A DNA stretch of 64,000 nt, filler included, from Diploschistes diacapsis (lineage: Eukaryota), in the NCBI GenBank assembly GCA_023645945.1. It is 27 parts of 27 records of this genome, joined end to end, with 100 filler letters (N's around TTAATTAATTAA, not from the genome) between each part and the next. Parts side by side here need not be neighbours in the genome. Positions count along the whole stretch, not along the records: positions 19,244 to 37,231 come from JALAIB010000429.1; 26 more parts are not named here. One strand, written 5' to 3'. Of the stretch, positions 22,242-35,138 are shown piece after piece. How positions within the stretch are numbered: position 1 is the stretch's first letter; every line of letters starts with the position of its first letter. The translations under genes and the position numbers were made by a program. The notes beneath the pieces are model-generated. The model was not told the DNA's origin, searched no databases, and saw only the letters and a list, made by a program, of their open reading frames with translations.

Positions 22242-24341
22242 ATGGTCCAGGTTGGTTCGTGTACACCTACGCCTTTCCTACAAGTAGCTGTGCAATTTCA
22301 GCCTTACACATAGTCATGAGGATCTTCAAGGAGGGACAAGTCTTGCTAATCTCTATGTAATGCTTGTTTAGATGCGTCTGAGTATGCGGTCTTCTGCAAT
22401 GGGGCTTCTCTCCGGTGCTGACGCTCCTCTAGCAGATCATCTTCGCCATTCTGGAAGTCGAAATCCTCGAGTCCGTGGCGACCGCCACCGAAGAACAAGG
22501 GCTTTGACCCCAGTGTGCCCGTGGGTGCTGCATACTCACATGCGGACATGCTGAAATACGAAGATATGTGAGTGCAACTAAGAACAAGACTTTGCTTGAT
22601 ATGAATTGAGACAACTAGAGGCTCTAGCCCGGCGTCAAGACCCCGAACACCTCCGCCTTTGTCCCATCGCTCTAGGAGCAGCAATACTCTCCCCGCAGGC
22701 AAACCAACCAATTCATCGACGTCGTCGCTACACCTAGTATCCTCCAATCCAGCACCGCGAAACAGTCGCAACTGGTCTGCAGATTACGACGACGGAGACC
22801 CAAATGGCTCCTTTGAAGGGCTGGATGATGAGGACGAGTTTGGTCTGCCAAGCATTGCAACTTCCCGAAGGGCAGCTAGGCGTACGGGAGAGCCGAGTTA
22901 TCTCGGAGATGACAGTCGACGGACTCTGGAGAAAGAGTTGGGCTACCTGAATGTCGGTCTCCTGGGTCATCGAAAACGAGCGAACAGCTCAGACATTGCT
23001 GAGGAACGTGGTCCGGTTTACCCCTCCGCAAAGAAACAGGAAGGAAAGATCCTCAGGCCTCAATACAAAGAGATTTTGACAGGTTAGTTTAAGTTGTGTC
23101 CGCAAAGCTCAAGGGCGAGCGGAAACTAATGTTGCGCAGACCCCATGAATGCGTTGCACTTGATAAGCCACCCGGCTCTGCCATCAAGTGCAACAAGCAA
23201 GGAAGTAGATGCAAACTCCATGAGAATATCAAGGATCAATAAGTTCAAGCGTCTACTTCAAGCGAGCAGTATCTCTCCCACAGACCTCCGGGCCGCTGCA
23301 TGGTCAGGACTTCCCGAGGAGGTTAGAGCTATCTCTTGGCAAGTTCTTCTCGGTTACCTGCCAACAAGTTCAGAACGAAGAGTGGCCACTCTCGAAAGAA
23401 AGCGGAAGGAGTATATTGAAGGCGTCAGGAAAGCTTTCGAAAAGAGTACGACGGGGTTACTCTCGCCCGTGAGTGGGAGGATGAAATCCGCCTATAGTCA
23501 AGGACGTAATAGAGGTCTGGACGAGAACGTATGGCATCAAATCTCCATTGATGTTCCTCGGACAAGTCCCCATATCGAGTTGTATGGGTATGAAGCCACA
23601 CAACGTTCCCTTGAGCGGATCCTTTACCTCTGGGCCATTCGACATCCGACTAGCGGGTACGTCCAAGGAATCAACGACCTGGTCACGCCATTTTGGCAAG
23701 TTTTCCTAGGAATGTATATAACAGACACCAACATAGAAACAGGCATGGACCCAGGGCAGCTGCCGAGATCTGTTCTCGATGCAGTGGAAGCCGACTCTTA
23801 CTGGTGTCTGACGAAGCTTTTGGACGGTATTCAGGACAACTACATTGTTGCACAGCCCGGTATCGTCCGACAGGTTGGTGCGCTCAGGGATCTTACACAT
23901 CGGATCGACGGTGTGCTGGCTAAACATCTGGAAAGGGAGGGAGTCGAGTTCATGCAATTCAGCTTCAGATGGATGAACTGCCTCCTTATGCGGGAGGTTA
24001 ACGTCCGTTGTACAATCAGAATGTGGGATACCTATATGGCTGAGGAGCAGGGCTTCTCGGAGTTCCATCTTTACGTCTGTGCCGCGTTTTTGGTGAAGTG
24101 GACGGAGCCGTTAATCAAGATGGATTTTCAAGTAGGCGCCTGACACCCTAAGTCTTGTCGTCCGGTGCTAATCACGCTCGTTCAGGAGATCATGATGTTC
24201 TTGCAAGCGCTGCCGACGAGAGATTGGACTGAGAAAGATATTGAACTGCTTCTGAGTGAGGCTTTCATCTGGCAAAGTCTTTTCCGAGGATCGAGCGCCC
24301 ATCTGAAGAACTCGAGCAGTGCTTCTTACTCCAACAGTTGA
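22242..24341 (+). CDS. GYP1: TBC-domain Rab GTPase-activating protein Gyp1; 5' micro-exons uncertain; main exons ~22619-23082, 23140-24131, 24186-24341
   Basis: AWSGLPEEVRAISWQVLLGYLP, ISIDVPRT (R-finger), GYVQGINDL (Q-finger), FRWMNCLLMRE, IRMWDTY, IELLLSEAFIW. The ATG at 22242 (MVQ|gttggt) is tentative. Confidence 0.93.
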
Positions 24342-24558
24342 AGAATACCGCTCAGCTCTTCAGACTCTGTGCCCCTGAAAACCGGACCTTGCTGTTCTAG
24401 AAACCTAACAGCCATAGTAGCCTGCCTAATGCAAAAGTGCTTGGCAATTCTTGCCATAGGAGGGGCAAGTTAAATCTCACCAACCGACGATCCAGAGTGA
24501 AACAAGCTGTCCAAGGAGACGGTGTTGCTCGCAGACATTGTCGTTGGTTTTGAGCGTA

Positions 24559-25573
24559 CTATAGGACTGCCAAAGTTGCAAACAATACCACAGTCAAGCT
24601 CCACGTGGCAAGCTTTGACGTAACGCTTGCAGCACCTGGCACATTGCCGGTCGCCGACCCGCCCAGATACCAGGAGCCAATATCCGTGAGATGGCCGTTC
24701 TGATCCAGCATGGCCTCGTTCGGACCGACGTTTGAAACGCTGCTCCGGAAGGACCCAAAGTAGGAATAGCGCTCAATGTAACTAAGAGATCATCGATGTC
24801 AGAATCCATCCGACTAGAATTCACAGAGCGTCAAGCAATTTGAGAACTTACTCCAACCGGTCCAGATACTGCTCGCTCTGATTGAAGAAGGTTTGCGCGT
24901 CCTGCAGGCCCACGTTTGGATAGCCAAACTCCGTTACCCACAGACTAACGTTCTGATACGCCGCCCTGACCTGCCCGATATGGCTCGCCAGCCCCTGGAA
25001 GTCGCCATAATAATGGATGGGTAAGAAATCCACCGAGCAGCCCCCGTCGCACGCGGCAAAGAAATTAACCAGCCACTCGAAGCCCGTCTGCGCGCTCGTC
25101 ACGGCGGGTCCGCCCAGCCTGACGCCCTTGGCCTTCAGCGGCTCGACCTGGCTGATCCACAGCTGTGCCGCGGTGCTTGCCAGCATGCTGCTCCCGCCCG
25201 TCGCCGGCGAGCCGTCGGGCTCGTTGAAGGCCAGCACGTAGCTGATGTTCGCGCCGCCCTGCATCAGCTGCACGACCGTCTCGTTGAACGGCGTGCTGTC
25301 GGAGGAGGAGCTTGGGGCGCCGAAGAGCATTGGGACGAACTGCAGCTTCGAGTTTGCGAGCTGCGGGGTTGGGGTGGGCGAGTAGTTGTAGTACCAGGTT
25401 AGGTCCGAGGAGGGAGAGGTCCAGAGGCTGCTGTCCTGCGCGGAGGTGGAGGAGGAGATGTAGATGAGGCCGCGCTTCGAGGAGGAGGACGCTTGGGCAG
25501 TGGTAAAGGGGAGGAGGAGAAGAAGGAGGAGGAGGATAAGAGGGGGTGAACGACTATCGACGTGAGGGTGCAT
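24559..25573 (-). CDS. GH128 (Asl1-like) beta-1,3-glucanase, secreted and probably GPI-anchored, 314 aa; exons 25573-24852 and 24781-24559
   Basis: Hydrophobic signal, KRGL, WYYNYS, FVPMLFG, FNEPD, PIHYYG, WVTEFG, IERYSYFG and a hydrophobic C-terminal tail. Confidence 0.92.
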
Positions 25574-26692
25574 TATGAAGTTGGTCGGGCTTGAGAGGCG
25601 AGGGTCCTTCGGGGCGTGTAGATGTATGTGCTTTCAGCAAGCCGGTGAATAGAGAGAGTGTGGGGGGGCCGGAACCACTGTATATCGCCAATCGAGGGCC
25701 GGGAAGCTTCGTGCCCTGCCGGACGAGACAGCTATGTAGGTAGTATCTAAACAGAGGGAGATCGCAGGTGCTTCTGTAAATAAGGCTCACCCAAAGAAGC
25801 AAGTAAATGTCGGATAAAAAAGGGTGACAAGCAAAACCGCTGCTAGCGCAAAACAAAACGCGCAAAGCCCAAAAAAAAAATGAACGACAGGAGAACTGCC
25901 GTAGAATAGAAAAATCGGGGAACGACGACGGATGATGATGCTGTGCAGAGAACACTACATATATATGCACACTGAAGGGACCGTCTGTGCCAATGTGTTA
26001 ATGCGTCAATATGCCCTGGTCCCCTGCCCTTATCCTAATCGGACGCGTAACAATATATATATATAATGTGGTGCATGTGGCGCTCGTATCTTTGCGCGTG
26101 CTAACCCGAGAGAGAGCGAGATAGGGTGAGACAAGCCGAAGCTGAAAAAAAGACGGGCTTGATCTGGCTAGCTATTGCATGGATGGTAATATTGGCTTAT
26201 TGATCGATTGATTGATTTAATTGCCGAATCGAGATTGTACATTGGGGAAATGGATCAATCTCGAATTCCCAAATGGGGAGCCTGTGCCGATGTTTTGGGG
26301 TTTTTCCTGTAGAGGGAAGAAGAGCGTTCGAACCATGTGGGTATGGTGTTTGAAGGGCAGCGTAGCGATTATATGTTTACGCGGATTTACAGTTTTAAGT
26401 CTGCGGAATTTAAGAATTGCTCAAGTAAACCTGAGTAATTGAGCATCGGTCATGCACATAAGGATCCGCATGGGAGAAGAAGGATTTCCCAAACCCTTGA
26501 AAATAGTTTGGCAGGCTACAAAATGTTTGGAGAGTGTAACTTTCTATAAAGCTATCGTCAGTCATATAGGGTTATCTAAAGTCAAATGCTGTGGTTGACA
26601 AAATCATTTGGATAATGCAACAAAATGCCACGCTCGCTATAAATGCTGCAAGGATATGGCACAATATGTTCAGGATGACAGGTCCCGGTTGG

Positions 26693-28952
26693 TTACAGCA
26701 CCCTTCTTCCCGGATGGCTGTTCTGGAAGCCAACCATTGGGAACGTCGGCTGTCGACCGGCCAGCGGTCCCACATCATCAAACTCGTGCTCGTCGCTCAC
26801 GCGTTGCGCGGCTGGGACATTTTCCCCCATTTCAGCGGCGTGACCGACAAGTGCCTCGGAGCTGTTGCGTAAAGCAGGATTCGGAACGGGTGTGTAAGGC
26901 CCTCTACCGTTATACGGACCCATTGCATATCCTGCAGATAGCTCTTTCCGCTCGACTGGCGCGATGAGCAGGGAGTTTCGAGCATCGAGGGGCGTGAGAT
27001 TATCGAATTCTCTGTTAAGTTTTTCTACCAGGGTCAGTGAGGGGGTGCTGCGGCACTTTGAAAAGTGATTCACTAACCATTTTCCTTCCTCTTCTTGCGG
27101 TGTGGGTTCTCTCGGCAGCAGACGATAATAGCATTGATTGCAATTAGGATCGCCAGTATGCCCGTCAAGCCCGCCTGCACGGCGACTAGAACGACCCCAG
27201 TGATGGCTTGGGTTGTCTGAGCGATCCCTAGCTCATCAACGAACACCAAGATGCAAACAACGGACAGAACGCGAATGACCTGAATGATGATGTTGATCCA
27301 GTTTCCAGCCTTTGTGGCGTACGGTCTTGTCCACAGCAGAAGAATGAACATGAGGGACTCGATAATAAGCTGGCCAGAGGTCTGCGTGAGGCCATGCCCG
27401 TCTCCAGCGGCCAACACACAGCCTTTCGCGAACATGTAGATAATAGCGGGAATGAAGAGCCACCAGCAACCCTGCTTGTACGAGTCGTAAAAGAGGCTGT
27501 ACTTAATCCAAGTTTCTTTGTTTTCGTACAGCACTGAAGTATCGCCCTCCGCTCTTTTATACTTGTGAGCCACCATCCAAATTCGAACGGTGAAGAAGAT
27601 GAGGACGGCAGTGAAGGTCGCTAAAGTGATCCCAGCCAGAAGCTTTGCCGCCCAAGAGTCACCGTTCGTGAACTGGTAGATACAGTAAAGAACCCAGACA
27701 CCATAGAGCAGGAGAATCAGGTTGACGATGGTCTTGGCCAGAGTATACCAGTAGCGCTTGCGAAATGAGGTCAGACGTTTCGGAAAAGAACCGAAAAGCG
27801 CCCAGGTTTCTAGAACGACCTTCAGCAAGAGTATACCAACGGTGATGGCAGCGATGACGATGGCGAAGACCAGAAGCACCGTCATGAAAGTATTTGCCTG
27901 GGGGATACTAAGCTCTTCCACATATCCGCTGATGCCATGCACAACATGGGAGAAAGAGTTGCTTGAGCTGCCGCTGGAGTCTGTGCTATTGACGCTGGTA
28001 TTGACGGCGCGCTGGAAAAGATCGAAAGTGCGCCTCTGGAAAGTTGTTTCGTTCGAAGATCCATCGTTGAAAGCAAGCGTGGTGTTCTGTAGGTACTGAA
28101 CGTTATCATCCGTCAAATTGCCGCCCGTAGCTGCCCTGAAATTGTCGATGGAGGTTTGCATCTGGCTCCATTGTATCAGGCCGCCGGAGAAGGCAAAGTT
28201 CTTGGAGAAGCTGCGATAGACGCCGGGATAATTGACGCTATGCATTCCATTCATGGCCATGCTCTGAAACCATCCGAATATGGTAGCGAAACCGAGACTC
28301 GGCGAATGGTTGCCCACCGTCCCAGCATTGCCGAAGGCCGTCAGACCCGAAAGGACAAGCGCGACGCCAGCGATACCGGCCGCAACATACGAAACTGCGG
28401 GTAATTGCACAGTCTTGCCATTCGTCACGCCAGACTGAATGCAGCCAACCACTTGGCCATCCTGGGTGGTCAGCTTCAAAGTTGCGTCACCCTGTAGGTC
28501 TGGTACCGAGAAGGCAATCGAAGGTATCTGACTGAGGAATTCGGATGGAATTGTTTGATTGCCATTCGCTGCAAAGGTGCCCTGAGGAACTAAGGACTGT
28601 GAGCTGAAAGGTCGCCACGCGGTAGGTGTAGGAGCATACCTGGACAAAGTTCTGTAATGATTGGGGGAGCACAAGGGTCGATTTGTTTCGAGTATACTTG
28701 CTGTCCGTAGGCAGCCACCACCAAGGATGCCGTAACATTCTGCTGCTTCTCACTCGTGCCAGACACAGCAAAGTTGACCTGACCGGAGGAGCGATCGAAG
28801 GTGACGTTGGCATTGTTCACCCTGATGGTCGGGTTTTGGTCACAGTTGGTGAAGCCAGAAGAAGACAGAATATCATCTGCAGAAACCAGTCGAAGAGTGG
28901 AGGCAAACAATACAGCTCTCGCAAGGCTCCGGCTTATCGGGAGTAACCGCAT
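26693..28952 (-). CDS. FLC/TRP-like ER membrane protein (ML-like TRP_N domain plus multi-TM), ~718 aa; exons 28952-28640, 28589-27078, 27024-26693
   Basis: Signal peptide, ELCPVPQGTF, IPSIAFSVPDL, CIQSGVTNGKT, WFQSMAMNGM, SVNYPGVYRSFSKNFAFS and many TM segments. Confidence 0.93.
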
Positions 28953-29804
28953 GCTTGAGACTTTTGCGACTCCCACCACTTTCGATTCAATCGCGATATC
29001 CTCCGAAACCGTCCCGGATTAGGGAGCCGAGAAAAAGAAAGCAGATTAATGGAAAGACTTGATCTGGAGCAGAGACTGGTAATGGAAGTTTTCTTTGTGA
29101 GTCCGGAGACAAACAGACAAGGACCGGATCAATCCGGTAAATTGAACGTTGAGCGAGGGCGTGGGCGTAGGAGGTCTGTTGGGTGAAAATGGTGTGCACG
29201 TTGAAGGCCCGAAACGGACGGCGGGACCAGGTCAAGGGAGCAGAGGCTATTAGATGTAGTAAGTCGGAGAATTGAAAAAGGCGGATGAGAAATGAAGAAA
29301 AGAGAAGAGAATGGGAGGATCAAAGGAGAGTTGTAGAAGAGGAGGATAAGGTGAAGAATGGAGATTAAAGGTGTGTATAACACTAGCCTCGTATAGGCAG
29401 TATTAGTACTGCTAAAATTGACCCCAGCTGGAAGTCAGCTAGTACTATAATGTACTCGCATGATATTTTGTATACACATCCTCATGGGCATGATTCGATA
29501 TCTTGGGGCGCTAAAGCCTTGTTGTTAAACTGCTGCCGCCTCGTGTTCGATAGTGCAAGTTCTTGTGCACCTGCATACACACTCTTTCAATGCGACGACA
29601 CTGTTAGTATAAGGCTTGGTATGTATGATGTGTGGCGCCTCACAACACCAGAGGGAGGCCTATATGTTTACCCAGTACAGAAAGATTAACCGATTAACGG
29701 CCCCTTAATTGATTAACAAATAGCCAGTTTCGTTTAATCGAATAATAATCGATTATGATTAATGCCCTTTAATTGATTATAATATTAAGCCCCGCAACAA
29801 ACGT

Positions 29805-29917
29805 CGTAGATTTTGGAACATAGATTTTAATTACATAGATTTTAATTACGCAGATTTTAATTACGCAGACTTTAATTACGCAGATTTTAATTATGCATAT
29901 TTTAATTACGTAGACTC
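29805..29917. repeat. 15-bp minisatellite (CGCAGATTTTAATTA)x~7 inside an AT-rich island (~29683-29920)
   Basis: Units start at 29819, 29834, 29849, 29864, 29879 and 29894, with degenerate flanking units. Confidence 0.9.
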
Positions 29918-30705
29918 TAGTCGTGATAAAAGGAGGTGTAGATTAGATATCACTTGTAATTTACAGTTCGAACTAGGGTCATCATCCCCGCTTGGGCACA
30001 TTGATACAGATCGTCACATGATCACTTTTCAACACGCTCTTTTCTTTCTTTCTTTTCGTTCTCCTAAAATATATCATTCGGCGGCGTCGTTATATACATA
30101 GGTATTTTCTACAGGGCCAGGAGGCCATCATCATCAGATCACTCCATTAAATCTCGCATTGCCCTTGTTGATTGGCGTTGCACCAGTACCTGTATTCTCG
30201 CTTTGCCGAAAGCGTTCCGGAGCCCCCCAAGAATCCATTGCTACCTTCTCTACTTCACGTGGCGAACTATGTGGCTATTGCAATCCCTCTCGGCTTCTGT
30301 CAAGGACATGCCTTTGCCCAGGATGCTACAGCACACGGATTCCTTGTAGAACCCGTTGCTGTCCCATGCTAACTGACCTGCTGCACCACTGGTCTGGTAG
30401 GAACGGGACCACAGTGCAGTAGCTGCATACTTGGTAGCTGTGGCTAGAAATCTGTAGACGTGGGTGTGCCGAACTGGAAAGCTACATACTTGGTCTTTCT
30501 CGTGCGTGTCAGTCACTGTGCGTCACGGTAAGCCGTCTCATCACTTGCGTAACATCGTCCAGCGAGACTACTTTACCAGACTACCGGGACAGAGATCCAG
30601 CCCATGGAGGGAGAAATGCTTCTGTTATCCCGTTTGCCGAGATCGAGGCAAATGCTTGATTAAGCATGAGCATACCAGAGCCAAACCAGTTTATCTTCAC
30701 CGGCC

Positions 30706-33021
30706 CTAAAACTTCTCTTCGCGCACCGTGCCCCTCCTTGTGACAGCATCGTACTCCACCCATCTGGCCGTGCTCTTACGGCTGTCTGCCACAAGCCTTC
30801 CAGGGTTCATCACGTGGCATCCTTCGTAAGTAATGGCAAAAGGAGGCGACTCCGCATCGACCAAGAAGAAGGCCGACGGGAGTGGATAGAGCTGGAGGCT
30901 TCCCGCCCAGTCCCAGAGTACCGGTCTACTTGACAAGGGGAACGGTGACAAGTGGCCCTGATCCAGGATAGTCTTCACCAACTTCCTCGCCGCCTGTATA
31001 TCCTGGCTGGGCCCCTTCGTGGCTGTCGATGCCAGACCACCGATGCCGGACCCAGCCGTCTCGACGTCTACCTCCATTTGACTCTCATCGCCATTCGCCA
31101 TTCGCTGCTCAGATGTACCATGATGCTCGCTGTTGCGGAGAGATTGGAGGGGGACGGCGCTCCGCCGCAACCGTCCTGAGATGTCGTCGCGGAACACGAC
31201 TATCTCTTGGACCGGACCGAAAAGGCTCATTCGGGCTGGGTTGCTCGTCCACACCGCTTCCCCATTCATCTCCGCTACAGGGACTCTGTCTGCCTCGCTA
31301 TTTGCCCCTGCGAAGGCTTTCCTAACCCGTGAGGTAAACAGATCTGGGACTCCGTTCCTTGGTACCACTGTCGCCGCGCCCTTGGAAAAGGAAGAAGGCC
31401 ACGGATCGTTATCACCAGGAACGAAAACGAACGAGGCGGCCTGTAAAACTGTAGGGTACTCGGATAGCGTGGAAGCAAGAAGATCAAAACTTTCCTTGTA
31501 TTCGATGCTTCCATCGTCTCTGCCGCCTGACATTGCCGCATGCGTAACAAAGTTCCCCGTAAGCACAAATGCTAGTGGCATCTCCTCAGCCTTTTCTGTT
31601 GCATATGATCCAAGAACATGTCGCAACGCTTGCAGTGTCTTTGGGTTGTCGACCATCAGCTCTCCTAAACAGACGATCCTATTTCGGCCCTTACTAGCTG
31701 CTGAGCTCTTCAACAGCCTCTTCTCGATAAGTCTCATCTTCGGCCCACTAGCTCTTTCGCTCCCAACCCCCAGAAAATCTACCCAGCCGAATCCACCGCC
31801 TGAAATTATATTGGGTTTGTGAGTGAGGCCTCCAAGACCTAAGCTGGTTTCTCGACGCTCGCATGGTGGACCTCCGATCGATGTTCCAACGAACTTCCCG
31901 CCTATTGTGCCCCCAACCCCTGCTCCGCCACCTAGTTTGAGCCCTTCCATTGACCTGTCTTCCTCATAAATGCCATCAACGATCACAATCATCCCGGAGC
32001 AGAACCAGGAACCATTCTCAGGGACTGGTTTGGCATGAGATAAGTCCAGGATAACATTGCCAGTCAAGTCGCTGATTGCTAATCCACCAGTTGGGGAAGT
32101 AGTTAGCAAACCCAGTAGAACATGACTACTCCCGCTACGACCCAGGAGATTTGCTATCGGGGTTATCTTGTAAGCGTGTTGTTGTATCGTTGACGCTGAA
32201 CGCTGCAACGCATGCGCACGAGGCTGCGCTACTGTTGGTGTTAGGAACGACTCGTTTCGCAAGATTCTCTGATGTACTATATTGTATCTGTTTCGAAAAG
32301 CTAAGGTTTTATGGCCCAGCGTGGGCAGTAGGGAAGGCTGCTTGTGGTCCTTTTCGAAATGCTTCTGATTCGGATTGTATGAAAGGCGCGGCTGATCAAA
32401 TGCCCCTACCACTCGAAACCACTTCCTAGGGTCTTGTCCGACGTCTTCTTCTTTGTCCAGATCCATTGCCGACAAGCATACCGTGCTGTCCCCTTTGTAC
32501 AGCGAAGGCGATTGCCTTTGGACATCGGAAAATGAAGCATTGCCTGAATCCATGCTTGCAATCTGGTCATGAGGTGGTAGAGCATGCTGTGAGAAAAATC
32601 GTCCTCCATGCATTGACCCTTCAAGGAGCTTGAGAATCTCCCGCAGCTCTTGACTGTCTCCTTCGATTATGTGATTCCCTTTGTTCCTTTTCCATGTCTT
32701 CGCCATCTCTTCCAACACTTTCTCTGCCAGGCCTTCCTCCCGCCATCCCGACCCACAGCTCTTTCCGACAAAAGTTGCCAGTGCTTGTAGGGCCGAGGAA
32801 GTTAGCGTAAGACCATGTTTTTTAGTAACCGTGCGGAAAGCTAGCGGACGAAGACTCGCAGGCGGAATAAGGACGGGAAGAATCGAGGGCCTCAAACTGC
32901 CATCGAGCCTCGTCTTCTGGATAGGGTATACAGGCGTGCCAAATGCGGGGGAAGAGGAGGGAATTGCTTCGGTTTTGCTATGATCGCGTGCAGTAGCCAT
33001 GAGTGTCGAGCCATTGTCCAT
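30706..33021 (-). CDS. DPB2: DNA polymerase epsilon subunit B, intronless
   Basis: LRPLAFRTVTKKHGLTL, FRNRYNIVHQRILRNESF, FVFVPGDNDPW, SNPARMSLFG, RKLVKTILDQGHLSPFP, LQLYPLP, CHVMNPG. Confidence 0.96.
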   Translation of the reverse strand: MDNGSTLMATARDHSKTEAIPSSSPAFGTPVYPIQKTRLDGSLRPSILPVLIPPASLRPLAFRTVTKKHGLTLTSSALQALATFVGKSCGSGWREEGLAEKVLEEMAKTWKRNKGNHIIEGDSQELREILKLLEGSMHGGRFFSQHALPPHDQIASMDSGNASFSDVQRQSPSLYKGDSTVCLSAMDLDKEEDVGQDPRKWFRVVGAFDQPRLSYNPNQKHFEKDHKQPSLLPTLGHKTLAFRNRYNIVHQRILRNESFLTPTVAQPRAHALQRSASTIQQHAYKITPIANLLGRSGSSHVLLGLLTTSPTGGLAISDLTGNVILDLSHAKPVPENGSWFCSGMIVIVDGIYEEDRSMEGLKLGGGAGVGGTIGGKFVGTSIGGPPCERRETSLGLGGLTHKPNIISGGGFGWVDFLGVGSERASGPKMRLIEKRLLKSSAASKGRNRIVCLGELMVDNPKTLQALRHVLGSYATEKAEEMPLAFVLTGNFVTHAAMSGGRDDGSIEYKESFDLLASTLSEYPTVLQAASFVFVPGDNDPWPSSFSKGAATVVPRNGVPDLFTSRVRKAFAGANSEADRVPVAEMNGEAVWTSNPARMSLFGPVQEIVVFRDDISGRLRRSAVPLQSLRNSEHHGTSEQRMANGDESQMEVDVETAGSGIGGLASTATKGPSQDIQAARKLVKTILDQGHLSPFPLSSRPVLWDWAGSLQLYPLPSAFFLVDAESPPFAITYEGCHVMNPGRLVADSRKSTARWVEYDAVTRRGTVREEKF

Positions 33022-33115
33022 AACCTGATTCAAAAAATTGACCGAGATACCCTACTGTGCCGAGTGTCCCATGTACATCGACTCAATAGAGTATGAACAA
33101 GATTGACGAGCAGAA

Positions 33116-33145
33116 CCGCGTGAACGAGAACGCGTGCTGTTCGCG
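33116..33145. promoter_or_regulatory. MCB/SCB-like cluster (CCGCGT, ACGCGT, TTCGCG) in the DPB2/NASP divergent promoter
   Basis: Perfect ACGCGT at 33130-33135 plus two more CGCG cores within 30 bp. Confidence 0.6.
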
Positions 33146-33382
33146 CTTATCACTTTCACATGTCAATAATACGTGAAAACAGTAATGTTTGCGCAGCTGA
33201 GAAAGTGAACTGCAGGCCTTACAACCCCCCGTCTAGCTTTTAGTGGTATAGATTTCTAGTCTCTTACGAAATTTCCCTTTCAATCAGAGGTTCACGGAGC
33301 ATAAGTTGCTCACCCTTTGAACCTCTGGCCACGTCCAAGCTTCCCAGCGCCGTGGACAGCAGACGTGCAAGTTGCCCCAATC

Positions 33383-34852
33383 ATGGCCGACACCCCATCC
33401 GACACGACGGAGAACGCCCACTCTCGAGACGCGTCCGAGAGCCTCGAAGACCTACTCGCGCAAGCAACGGCGCACTATGCGAAAAAGAACTACAAGACGG
33501 CGGCGGAGCGCTACTCGCGCGCCACCGAGCTACAGGCCAGCATCAACGGCGAGATGTCGACGAAGAACGCGGACCTACTCTATCTATACGGACGGTGCCT
33601 GTATCATGTCGCGGTGGAGAAGAGCGATGTTCTGGGGTCGAAGGTAGCTGAGGAGAAGGAATCGGGTTCGAAGAGACCTGCCGCCAACACGACGTCCAGT
33701 AGGGGAGCAGATGTCGCCGTGGGCGAGGAGAAAGCGGCTGAGGATGTGGTCACGGCTGCGGCATTTGAGGCGGAGAAATTGAGGGCGTCGGAATCCAAAG
33801 GTGTGGAGAGCAAGGCGCACTTCCAGTTTCAGGGCGACGAGAACTTCGACGGTTCCGACGACGAGGAGCGGGCAGGCGAGGACGCAGAAGAAGGTGTGGC
33901 TGAAGAAGAGGAGGAAGACGACCTTTCGAATGCTTTTGAGATCCTGGATCTAGCGCGCGTTCTTCTCCAAAGAAAGCTTGAAGAACTAGAGGGCAACACA
34001 GAGGGTGAAGGCAGAGGCGTTGGCGATTCAGAAGCTAAAAGGCAACTAAAAGAAAGACTGGCCGACACGCATGATTTACAGGCCGAGATCTCGTTAGAAG
34101 GCGAGCAATTCCACAATGCAGTAAACGATCTACGAGCAGCTCTCGTACTGAAACAGGAACTGCACCCGCCAGATTCGAGTCTGGTAGCAGAGATGCACTA
34201 CAAGCTATCGCTAGCGTTGGAATTTTGCTCGGTGACTCAGCAGAAAGACGAGAACGGAGAGATAGATCAGGTTAGGACTGCGCACGTCGATGAAGCTATG
34301 CGCGAGGAAGCCGCCTGGGAGATGGAAGCCGCGATTACCAGCTGTAAGCTAAGAATAATGAAAGAAGAGGAAGTTTTAGCCTCTGGGATGGTTAATGGAA
34401 CCACCTCGAAGTCCAAGATATCCAAGCGAAGTATAGGCGATGTCAAAGAGATGGTACAGGACATGGAACAAAGGGTGGGTGCATGAAAAACCAAATTGTT
34501 GGGTATTTTGCTAATATGCGCAAAGCTCATAGAACTTCGACAGCCACCGGTCTCCATCAAGGATCCCAGAGGCACGGGCTCACTCGACGGCTCGAGTTCT
34601 TTAAGCGGCATCCTAGGCTCGATACTTGGCGAGTCTGTGGAGGCGCAAAGAGCGCGTCTTGATGAGGCCACGAAAGAAGCTAAGGATCTGACCGACTTGG
34701 TCAAGCGGAAAAAGCCCAGCGTCCCAATTCAAGATAGCCCAGATCGGTTACAAACTGCGAAGGTTGGAATCAAGCGCAAGGTAGGGTTTGCCGAGGAAAT
34801 AGTAGAGCTTGAAACGGGAAAGAAGGCGAAGGTCGAGGATGGGGATGCCTAA
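33383..34852 (+). CDS. NASP/Sim3/Hif1 SHNi-TPR histone chaperone, ~472 aa; exons 33383-34474 and 34526-34852
   Basis: YSRATELQA..NGEMSTKNADLLYLYGRCL, acidic insertion, DDLSNAFEILDLARV, LADTHDLQAEISLEGEQF, AEMHYKLSLALEF, DLTDLVKRKK. Confidence 0.93.
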
Positions 34853-35138
34853 GCCGTTTCTTGAGGGCCATTCAGCGGTGTAAGAATGGCAGGGTACTAT
34901 TCATAAGCGCAACAGTCATGCCTCTTGCAGCGAGATTTTGAAGAGACCCATTCCCATCCGGCGTTGAAGTTCATAATCAGACTAATAGTCCAGATCACTG
35001 GTGGTTCCATGTCAGAATACCAAAAAAACCGTTAGCCATTTTAATCCCTCATACACCAAAATCAATGTCGCCTGAAGGCAGAGTATTTCGCAAATGCAAG
35101 TCTGAGGCAGTTGGGAATTCGTTCGAAGTCGTTATTCT

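Noticed and set aside
30100..30705. Small ORFs and a GTGATGA...CTGA pair downstream of DPB2
   Set aside because: The box spacing is too short for a C/D snoRNA and the ORFs are unconvincing; probably DPB2 3' UTR or intergenic DNA.
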